Assembly: GCA_041661045.1 (NCBI GenBank)
Contig: JBAZVE010000001.1
Location: 240,001-272,000, forward strand
Length of the DNA: 32,000 bases
Reading direction: 5' to 3'
Source of the DNA: Candidatus Saccharimonadota bacterium
GTDB taxonomy: Bacteria; Patescibacteriota; Gracilibacteria; UBA1369; 2-02-FULL-48-14
Notes under the pieces: model-generated
The model's database searches: none
The model's input: the letters and a program-made list of their open reading frames with translations, nothing else
Told to the model about the DNA's origin: nothing
Part shown: positions 8,242 through 15,905 of the stretch, piece after piece
How positions within the stretch are numbered: position 1 is the stretch's first letter
Layout: each line of letters starts with the position of its first letter
Translations under genes and position numbers: made by a program

Positions 8242-9171
8242 ATGGCTGCTTCGTACATTTTCCACAACGCAAAAGAACTGCTTGAACGCTGTGAGGAACA
8301 CAAAATGTCGATTTGGGAGGTGATGCTCAATTACGAAAAACAATTTTCGAACCGATCGGAAGAAGAGATTCTGAAGATGCTTGGGGAACGATTGCAGGTT
8401 ATTTTTGATGGAATCGATGCGGCGATTGAAAATCCTGAACTCAGTAAGAGTGGAATGGTTGGAAATTCAACGCCTAAATTGGCCCGAGCCGTGAAGGATT
8501 TTAAAGAATGGAGTGATAAATTGCTGCTCAATGAATCGGCGGTGCGCGCCATGCTTGGAGCCGTAGCCACCGGAGAAAACAATGCGCGCATGGGTGTGAT
8601 TTTAGCCTTCCCTACTGCGGGTGCTGCGGGCGTGCTGCCGGGGGTGATTTATGGTGCCAAACACAAGCTCGGTCTGACTCATCAGCAAATGCTGGAAATG
8701 ATGCTCACCGCTTCTGCGATTGGCGTGGTGATTGCAAACACCGCCACGCTTTCGGGCGCGGCTGGCGGTTGCCAAGCTGAGGTCGGAAGTGCCACGGCCA
8801 TGGCCGCGGCGGCCCTCACCGAAGTGCGCGGCTACAGCCCGGAAACCAGCTTGCATGCTTCCTCACTCGCACTCAAAAATATGATTGGTCTGGCCTGCGA
8901 TCCTATTGGTGGACTCGTGGAAGTGCCTTGCATCAAACGGAATGGAATCGGTGCTGTTTTCAGCATGGCTGCCAGCGATATGGCCTGCATGGGCATCGAA
9001 AGTTTTGTGCCTTTTGATGAAGTGGTTCGCGCCATGCGTGAAGTGGGCGACCTCATGTCTCCCAAGATCCGCGAGACGGCTTTAGGCGGCCTCGCCATGA
9101 CGCCCACGGGTCAACGCGTTTCCGAAAAAATGGGCTTACTGAAGATTGGCGATAACCCTTGTGCGAAATGA
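8242..9171 (+). CDS. sdaAA: L-serine dehydratase, iron-sulfur dependent, alpha subunit
   Basis: Contains AGAAGVLPG, GGCQAEVGSA and GLACDPIGGLVEVPCIKRN motifs typical of SDH alpha. Confidence 0.9.
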   Translation: MAASYIFHNAKELLERCEEHKMSIWEVMLNYEKQFSNRSEEEILKMLGERLQVIFDGIDAAIENPELSKSGMVGNSTPKLARAVKDFKEWSDKLLLNESAVRAMLGAVATGENNARMGVILAFPTAGAAGVLPGVIYGAKHKLGLTHQQMLEMMLTASAIGVVIANTATLSGAAGGCQAEVGSATAMAAAALTEVRGYSPETSLHASSLALKNMIGLACDPIGGLVEVPCIKRNGIGAVFSMAASDMACMGIESFVPFDEVVRAMREVGDLMSPKIRETALGGLAMTPTGQRVSEKMGLLKIGDNPCAK

Positions 9172-9773
9172 GCTTTAAACTCGGCGTACTCGCCTCCGGT
9201 AACGGGACCGACCTCGGTGCCATCTATACAGAGATGGATGAAGGCAAAATGCCTGGAATTGAAGTTGTGATTGTGATTTCAAATAAAGAGGATGCGCCGG
9301 TTTTGGAAAAGGCTCGGGTGCGTGGACTGAAGGCCATTTTTGTGGATCCCAAAGGAAAATCCAAAGAAGAGTATGATGCGGAACTGGTACGGCTCATGAA
9401 AGAAGCGACGGTGGATCTGGTCTGTCTGATTGGTTATATGAAGATTCTGACGCCGGTTTTTGTGAGTGCCTTTCCTCGCCACATCATCAATGTTCATCCC
9501 GCCCTGCTCCCCAAATACGGCGGCAATGGTTGGTACGGCATGAAAGTGCACGAAGGTGTTCTGGCGGCCGGCGAAAAGGAGAGCGGCATGACCATTCACT
9601 TTGTGGACATCGGCGTGGACAGCGGCGCCATGATTTTACAGGAAAAAGTGGCCATTGAGCCGGGCGAAACACCGGAGAGTTTGCGCACCAAGGTTTTGAA
9701 ATTGGAAAAGAAGGCGTATCCGGAGGCGATACGGTTGATCTACAGGGAGAGAAAAGGTACCCTGGGTGCGTGA
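9168..9773 (+). CDS. purN: Phosphoribosylglycinamide formyltransferase-like (PurN family)
   Basis: ORF 9159..9773, trimmed to ATG 9168, giving an ATGA overlap with the sdaAA stop. Contains LASGNGTDL, IINVHPALLPKYGG and HFVDIGVDSGAMI motifs. Confidence 0.8.
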   Translation: MSFKLGVLASGNGTDLGAIYTEMDEGKMPGIEVVIVISNKEDAPVLEKARVRGLKAIFVDPKGKSKEEYDAELVRLMKEATVDLVCLIGYMKILTPVFVSAFPRHIINVHPALLPKYGGNGWYGMKVHEGVLAAGEKESGMTIHFVDIGVDSGAMILQEKVAIEPGETPESLRTKVLKLEKKAYPEAIRLIYRERKGTLGA

Positions 9774-10039
9774 ATCCCCAAGATAAAAAATATCGAATCC
9801 GTCACGATCGACCGAACTGCATCGGGTGTAATGCCTGTGCGGCTATTGCGCCGAAGTTTTGGGAAATGAGTGATTTGGATGGAAGATCGGATATTATTGG
9901 GTCTAAAATGGGGGAAGACGGGTGGGAGGAAATCGAGATTTTGGAGGAGGATTTGGATTTAAATCAAGCTGCGGCTGAATCTTGCCCCGTGAATGTGATA
10001 CACTTGATTCGGATAGGCGATAATAAGCAACTCATCTAA
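9770..10039 (+). CDS. Small ferredoxin, single [4Fe-4S]/[3Fe-4S]-type cluster
   Basis: CIGCNACAAIAP ... ESCPV pattern (C-x2-C-x2-C ... CP). The GTG start overlaps the purN stop (GTGA). Confidence 0.75.
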   Translation: MNPQDKKYRIRHDRPNCIGCNACAAIAPKFWEMSDLDGRSDIIGSKMGEDGWEEIEILEEDLDLNQAAAESCPVNVIHLIRIGDNKQLI

Positions 10040-11802
10040 TGAAAAGCGTTTATGAACCATTGACATGGTTGGTGGGCGGTGAGGCCGGATACGGAATCAC
10101 CACCATGGGCCAAATGTTTGCACGGGCCTGCTCGCGGGCCGGGCTGAATGTGTTTGGTTATGTGGAATATCCTTCTTTGATTCGTGGCGGACATAATATT
10201 GCGATGGTGCGAGTGGGAACGGAAACCGTGCACGCGCACAGCGACAAAATCGACATTATGCTGGCGCTCAATAAAGAAACGGTGGACTTGCATAGTACGG
10301 AAATGGCGGAGGGAGGCGTGATTATTTATGATGGAGAAACGGTGGTCTTGGACGCGGAGAAGTGTGCGGGTTTGCGATTGATTTCGGTGCCGCTGGCACG
10401 GATCACCAAAGAGCTTGGAGCAGAACGCGTGATGCGCAATACAGTGGCTCTGGGAGCCAGTTTTGCGATTGTTGGAATGGGCTTTGGGCCGGTGGAGAAT
10501 GTTTTGCAAAGCACTTTTGAACGCAAGGGGCCGGAAGTGGTGGCACACAATATTGGGGTGGCGAAAGCGGGCTTTGATTTTGTGATGGAAAATTACAAGG
10601 AGCCTTTTGCGAAGACGCTTGCGGCGGTGCCCGGTGCTCCCAAACGCATGGTGATTTCCGGGAATGAGGCGATTGCGCTCGGTGCTTTGAAGGCGGGGGT
10701 AAAATTTATGGCCGCCTACCCCATGACTCCGGTGACTTCCATCATGCAGATTATTGCCAAATATGGGGTGAAACATAAAATTGTGATGAAGCACAGTGAG
10801 GATGAAATTGCGGCCATCAACATGGCCATTGGCGCGGCGCACATGGGGGTTCGCAGCATGACGGCAACGGCGGGTGGCGGGTTTTCACTTATGGCGGAAG
10901 CCCTGGGAATGGCGGGCATCACCGAAACACCGCTTGTGGTGGTGGAAGGCATGCGTCCGGGCCCTTCAACAGGACTTCCCACTTGGACGGATCAGGCGGA
11001 TTTGCGCTTTTTAATGCATGCTTCGCAAGGCGAATTCCCTCGAGTGATTTTCCTCCCCGGAGACATGAAAGAGTGTTTTGAAATGACGCTAAAAGCCTTT
11101 AATACCGCGGAAAAATATCAAATGATTTGTATGCTTTTGACGGATAAATATTTGGGGGAATCGGTGCAGTCGGTGGAACTTTTTATGCAGGATTATACGG
11201 TGGATCGCGGGGCGCGCGTGAGCATGGAAGAGGCCGCGGCGATGAAACAAGGCGACTACAAACGATTTGAATTTACCGAGAGCGGTGTGTCTAAGCGCGC
11301 AGTGCCGGGAATGCCAAATACCATTTACGCTGTGTCTACGGATGAGCACAAAGAAGATGGCGATTTGGATGAGGGCAGTGAAAATCGCATCAAGATGGTG
11401 GACAAGCGGGCACGCAAATTGGAGACGCTGAGGAAGGAATATTTGAGCGCCGTCGAGATGTGTGAACTCCACGGACCCGCGGATGCGGAGCTCACACTGG
11501 TGGGCTGGGGCTCTACCAAGGGGCCTATCTTGGAAGCGATGGGCGTGGCCAATGAAAATGGTCTCAAAGTGAACTTTTTACAGATCAAAATGGTGCTGCC
11601 CTTCCCCACGGAAGCAGTGGCGGCAATTCTGGGGGCGGCAAAAAAAAGGGTGCTGGTGGAGAACAATTCCGAAGGTCAAATGGGCGGTGTGATTCGTCAA
11701 TACACGGGCATCGAAATCACCGATCGCTTGCTCCGTTACGACGGACGGCCCCTGCATCCCGCTGAAATTCTTGCTAAAATTCATGACACCCTGAACGCAT
11801 GA
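10039..11802 (+). CDS. korA: 2-oxoacid:ferredoxin oxidoreductase, alpha subunit with fused N-terminal gamma domain (substrate not determinable from sequence)
   Basis: The gamma-like N-terminus is GGEAGYGITTMGQMFARA..YPSLIRGGHN. The alpha core has AAYPMTPVTS and GMRPGPSTGLPT. The start overlaps the ferredoxin stop by 1 nt. Confidence 0.9.
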   Translation: MKSVYEPLTWLVGGEAGYGITTMGQMFARACSRAGLNVFGYVEYPSLIRGGHNIAMVRVGTETVHAHSDKIDIMLALNKETVDLHSTEMAEGGVIIYDGETVVLDAEKCAGLRLISVPLARITKELGAERVMRNTVALGASFAIVGMGFGPVENVLQSTFERKGPEVVAHNIGVAKAGFDFVMENYKEPFAKTLAAVPGAPKRMVISGNEAIALGALKAGVKFMAAYPMTPVTSIMQIIAKYGVKHKIVMKHSEDEIAAINMAIGAAHMGVRSMTATAGGGFSLMAEALGMAGITETPLVVVEGMRPGPSTGLPTWTDQADLRFLMHASQGEFPRVIFLPGDMKECFEMTLKAFNTAEKYQMICMLLTDKYLGESVQSVELFMQDYTVDRGARVSMEEAAAMKQGDYKRFEFTESGVSKRAVPGMPNTIYAVSTDEHKEDGDLDEGSENRIKMVDKRARKLETLRKEYLSAVEMCELHGPADAELTLVGWGSTKGPILEAMGVANENGLKVNFLQIKMVLPFPTEAVAAILGAAKKRVLVENNSEGQMGGVIRQYTGIEITDRLLRYDGRPLHPAEILAKIHDTLNA

Positions 11803-12680
11803 ACAAATCCTTAAAAATGCTGGAAAAACTCACCGATTTGGACACCGGTTCCAAGTGCAACTGGTGCCCGGGCTGTGGTGATTTTGGAATTTTGGTGGCG
11901 CTGAAACAAGCTTTGTTTGAACTCAAATTGGATCCCGAGGAAACCATGATCGTTTCCGGAATTGGTTGTGGTTCTCAGGCTCCCCATTTGGTGAAGGTCT
12001 ACGGGTTCCATTCTATTCACGGACGATCGCTCCCTGTGGCCACCGGAATGAAAATCGCAAACCATAAAATGAATGTTATTGTGATTGGCGGAGATGGGGA
12101 TGGATATGGAATTGGAATGGCGCATTTGGTGCACAGCTCACGCCGCAATTTCAACCTCACCTACATCGTACAAAACAATCAGGTGTATGGTCTCACCAAG
12201 GGGCAAACCTCCCCCACTTCCGACCATGGATTTAAAACCAAAAGCACGCCGGAAGGAGTGATTGAAATGGCGGCTCGACCGCTGGGCATTGCACTGGCTT
12301 CCGGGGCCACCTTTTTGGCACGCGGTTATGCCGGCGATATCATGCATCTCAAAAAAATGATCATGGAAGGCATTCAACATCGTGGATTTTCTTTGATCGA
12401 TGTGCTTCAACCCTGCGTGACTTTTAATAAAGTGAACACCTACCAGTGGTACCAAGAAAGGATTCATAAATTGGAAACTGAACCGGATTATGATCCCACC
12501 AGTCGTGCCATGGCTTTTGCGAAGGCCGAGGAGTGGGGAGACAAAATCAATATTGGGGTTTACTACAAAGAAGACCGCTCGACATATGAGGATGAACTCC
12601 CTATGATTGCCGAGCAGCCTCTGGTGGATCACGACATTTCGAGTGTGGACATCAGCGACGCGATGAAATTTTACCTCTAA
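11799..12680 (+). CDS. korB: 2-oxoacid:ferredoxin oxidoreductase, beta (TPP-binding) subunit
   Basis: Contains WCPGCGDFGIL, GGDGDGYGIG and QNNQVYGLTKGQ motifs. ATGA overlap with the alpha subunit. Confidence 0.9.
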   Translation: MNKSLKMLEKLTDLDTGSKCNWCPGCGDFGILVALKQALFELKLDPEETMIVSGIGCGSQAPHLVKVYGFHSIHGRSLPVATGMKIANHKMNVIVIGGDGDGYGIGMAHLVHSSRRNFNLTYIVQNNQVYGLTKGQTSPTSDHGFKTKSTPEGVIEMAARPLGIALASGATFLARGYAGDIMHLKKMIMEGIQHRGFSLIDVLQPCVTFNKVNTYQWYQERIHKLETEPDYDPTSRAMAFAKAEEWGDKINIGVYYKEDRSTYEDELPMIAEQPLVDHDISSVDISDAMKFYL

Positions 12681-12683
12681 TGT

Positions 12684-12968
12684 ATGCCAACCGTTAAAAA
12701 TCATTCCACCGGTGCCACCGCGCAATGCGCAGTGGGCTCAAGTTTCCGTGAAGTCGCCCAAACTGCGGGTCTCGATATTGCCTTTGCTTGTGAGAGTGGG
12801 ATTTGTTCCACCTGCCTTATTCAAATCAAGAGTGGTGCAGAAAATTTGGGGCCGAAAACTGAACAAGAAGAATTCACTTTGGAGGTACGGGGTGTGGATG
12901 CCGGTGACATGACCACCCGACTCGGCTGCCAGTGCACCGTGAATGGAGATGTGGAATTTGAGCAGTAA
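12684..12968 (+). CDS. [2Fe-2S] ferredoxin (plant/adrenodoxin-like)
   Basis: CESGICSTC (C-x4-C-x2-C) plus a distal Cys in LGCQCTV. It starts 3 nt after the korB stop. Confidence 0.8.
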   Translation: MPTVKNHSTGATAQCAVGSSFREVAQTAGLDIAFACESGICSTCLIQIKSGAENLGPKTEQEEFTLEVRGVDAGDMTTRLGCQCTVNGDVEFEQ

Positions 12969-12996
12969 ACATAAGACCGTACATAACTACTTCCTT

Positions 12997-14556
12997 ATGA
13001 AGAAATCTTTCTCCATTGCCATACTGTTTTCTCTGCTCTTGGTCTCCTTTCCGGCTTTTGCCTTTGACGACATCGACACCTCCCCTAATAAAGATGCGAT
13101 CGAATATCTGGAAGAAGCTGGCGTTGTGGAGGGCTACAGCAATGATGAATTCCACCCCTATGCTGACATCAATCGAGCAGAGTTCACCAAAATCGTGATG
13201 GAGCAACTCTATCCCGGTGAGTCTAGCGGCGAAAACTGTTTCCTGGATGTCGGATACGATTGGTATGCGGATTATGTTTGTGAAGCCAGATCCCGGGGCG
13301 TTGTAGGCGGTTATCCTGATGGAAATTTCCATCCCGAGGCTGAAATCAATCTTGTGGAAGCTTTGAGTGTGGTGTTGAATGCCTATGATATTGAGGTGAC
13401 GAGTAGCCATCAAGAATGGTATGAGCAATACTATTGGATGGCATTCGAACTGAGCTTATTGGAAACCATCGACTCTGGAATGTTTGATTCGATTTCCCGT
13501 GGGGAGATGGCCCAGCTTGTTTATAATGTGGAAATGTATTTGACTGAAGATGAACCAAGTTATGCAAATGGGAAAGAATGTTTTTTGTATGACGATACGG
13601 AAAGTTATGTTTTTGATTATTGGGAACTTTTAGAAGTTCCTGGCGATGAGGCTATTGTTGTCGAAAGTGCTGGTTCGGACGCAGAATGTGCAGAGTATGC
13701 AGAGGCGCGTTACGGTGAGGATTATGAGATCTATGAAACCACTAATGAAGACTATGACATCACATGGCTTGGGGACGAAGAACTTGAAACAACGATTATG
13801 GCCATTGAAAAAGAAAATGTTGTGGTGCTTGTCCCTGAAGGATATGAAGAACTTGGCAAAGTTTATGTGGATGATTTGTTGTATTGCGATCCACTTCTAA
13901 GTGATTTTTTTGGTTTTGATTTTCCTGAAGATGAACTCGTAACTAAAATTTATATAAGCAGTGATGACTCCAATCAGAGTTCTAGCATTTTTGGGAAAAT
14001 TTTCTATCGAAAAAGCCAAGAGAATATGGATTTTGCTCTTGAGGATATTTTGACCAATAATCCGGAGGGATTCTTGTATAATTCAAGCTCAAGTTACTGT
14101 GCTAATAGTCATGAATTGGCTCATGCATTTGTTCAAGAAGCGCCAGTACCTGGCTGGTTTAATGAAGGGTTGGCAGAATTTACACAAAAATACAACCAAG
14201 GAGACATCAAGGATTCCATCTCCTGTGGTGAAAATGGTTACTACCGCGATGATGATTACTATCCCTACCCTAATCTTAGAGAAGATCTTGATTATCCCGC
14301 AGCAATGTGTCTGGTGGAAACATTGCTGAATGATCCTGAAAACAGCCATTTTGGAGATGTAATGGATGCGATTTATGCTTTCATTGAAGACCCTGAGCTT
14401 GAATCAGAATATCTGGATATTATCCCTGATGGGCAAGGTGTCTATACAACCACCGAGCTTATTTTCTCAAAAGTCTTGATAGAAGTGTTGGGTACTAGTG
14501 TCTCTGAAGATCTCATCAAATATGGGATCGACTTGGAAGACATGAATTTGTTGTGA
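12997..14556 (+). CDS. Secreted SLH-domain protein with C-terminal HExxH (peptidase MA-like) domain
   Basis: ORF 12943..14556, trimmed to MKKSFSIAILFSLLLVSFPAFA (signal peptide). It has two SLH-like repeats (FDDIDTSPNKDAIEYLEEAGVVEGYSNDEFHP..INRAEF; FLDVGYDWYADYVCEARSRGVVGGYPDGNFHP), an acidic linker, HELAH at 14110-14124 and WFNEGLAEF at 14155-14181. Confidence 0.8.
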   Translation: MKKSFSIAILFSLLLVSFPAFAFDDIDTSPNKDAIEYLEEAGVVEGYSNDEFHPYADINRAEFTKIVMEQLYPGESSGENCFLDVGYDWYADYVCEARSRGVVGGYPDGNFHPEAEINLVEALSVVLNAYDIEVTSSHQEWYEQYYWMAFELSLLETIDSGMFDSISRGEMAQLVYNVEMYLTEDEPSYANGKECFLYDDTESYVFDYWELLEVPGDEAIVVESAGSDAECAEYAEARYGEDYEIYETTNEDYDITWLGDEELETTIMAIEKENVVVLVPEGYEELGKVYVDDLLYCDPLLSDFFGFDFPEDELVTKIYISSDDSNQSSSIFGKIFYRKSQENMDFALEDILTNNPEGFLYNSSSSYCANSHELAHAFVQEAPVPGWFNEGLAEFTQKYNQGDIKDSISCGENGYYRDDDYYPYPNLREDLDYPAAMCLVETLLNDPENSHFGDVMDAIYAFIEDPELESEYLDIIPDGQGVYTTTELIFSKVLIEVLGTSVSEDLIKYGIDLEDMNLL

Positions 14557-15801
14557 TCACTGCCGTCGATTCTCTTGAATACTAAGCTCCATTTTTCCGC
14601 TCACGAATTTGCCGTTGTCGATGTCTTCTGCAATCACTAAGCCGGAGGTGATGCTGGTGTTGGAGCCGATGCGGATGCCCGGCATGAGGCTGGTGTTTAC
14701 GCCAATGCGGATGTGGCTGCCCAGGATTGGGCCAAGTTTATCGCAAGGGCTTATGACGCCGCCGCTCTTCACTTTTCCTGCGTCCAGACGAAGGTTGGCG
14801 CAAATAGCTCCGGCGCCAAAACTGCAATCATCGCCCATCACGGTGTCGCCGACATAGTTGGTGTGGAACCAGCAATCGTCTCCAACAAAAGACCGTGCGA
14901 CTTCGGTGTTGTAACCCACCACGCAGTTGTCCCCAATCATGGCTTCCCGCACCAAAGCGTTATTTCCAATGACGGTGTTTTTTCCAATGTAGGCTGGCCC
15001 GACAATGGTGGCGTGGTCCATGATGCGTGTGCCTTCTTCGATGCGGACCGCCCCCTTGATGACAGCGGTTTCAGCGATTTCCACGGAAGAGTGGACCTCA
15101 CTGCCCATGACTTTGAATGAAAATTTCATGAGCTCTAAAATGTGCCATGGATATTTGATCGGTTGCCAAAATCCACTGTAGGGAACGGCTTCAAAATGCT
15201 GTTTGGCCATGAGCGTTTGTAGCGCCTCTTCATAACGATCGTCTTGATCGCTGCTCACGGTTTTAAGCGCGGTGAGGAGTGAAGTCGGGTCTTTGAATAG
15301 GTGTAAAACGATGTTCACCCAGTTGGATGGCTCCTTCCCCGCCCCGGGTTTTTCCACGATTCCCGTGATGCGCTTCCCTTCGGTTTTCAAGTAGCCTCCC
15401 GGGAAATATTCCTGCACTTCGTAAGCCAAAAGATAGGCGTCTGCCTCTGAATCTTTTGCCTTGAGCATGGCCTCAAATGCGCTTTGCGCCAAGACATCGT
15501 TGCTGCTAAAAATCAGCAGGGGTTCGTTTTTTATTTCGTGCTCAGCGGCCAAAATGGCGCCCGCCATACCTTCATCCAAATCTTCCTGCTCAATCAGTTT
15601 TGCTCCATATTCTTTTGCAATTTTTTCAAGTTTCTCCAAATTATGTCCTCCACCCACAATGCAAATGTCCGTCAGTCCCACTCTTTTCAGGGTGTCCAAT
15701 TGGTGCTCGATCAGCGTTTTTCCCGCAAACTTAAGGAAGTTCTTGTCTTCAATGGGTTTGACCCGACGACTGCGACCGGCTGCGAGTAAGAGTGTTTTCA
15801 T
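14557..15801 (-). CDS. Sugar-phosphate nucleotidyltransferase with C-terminal left-handed beta-helix (GlmU/GCD1-like bifunctional type)
   Basis: The N-terminus MKTLLLAAGRSRRVKP is an NTP-transferase G-loop. The C-terminal half has hexapeptide-repeat character (IGKNTVIGNNALVREAMIGDNCVVGYNTEV..). Confidence 0.85.
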   Translation of the reverse strand: MKTLLLAAGRSRRVKPIEDKNFLKFAGKTLIEHQLDTLKRVGLTDICIVGGGHNLEKLEKIAKEYGAKLIEQEDLDEGMAGAILAAEHEIKNEPLLIFSSNDVLAQSAFEAMLKAKDSEADAYLLAYEVQEYFPGGYLKTEGKRITGIVEKPGAGKEPSNWVNIVLHLFKDPTSLLTALKTVSSDQDDRYEEALQTLMAKQHFEAVPYSGFWQPIKYPWHILELMKFSFKVMGSEVHSSVEIAETAVIKGAVRIEEGTRIMDHATIVGPAYIGKNTVIGNNALVREAMIGDNCVVGYNTEVARSFVGDDCWFHTNYVGDTVMGDDCSFGAGAICANLRLDAGKVKSGGVISPCDKLGPILGSHIRIGVNTSLMPGIRIGSNTSITSGLVIAEDIDNGKFVSGKMELSIQENRRQ

Positions 15802-15869
15802 AGCTAAAAAGCCCGTTTATTCTACCTATAAAGCTTGCGGAAAGGAAGGGGTGCTCAAGAATCGCCGGC

Positions 15870-15898
15870 TTGAGGAAAAGTTGAAGCAAGGCTAGAAT
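15870..15898 (+). promoter_or_regulatory. Sigma70-like promoter of paralog 1 (probably leaderless)
   Basis: TTGAGG (15870-15875), 17-nt spacer, TAGAAT (15893-15898). The ATG at 15906 is 7 nt after the -10. Confidence 0.4.
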
Positions 15899-15905
15899 CG
15901 AGTCT

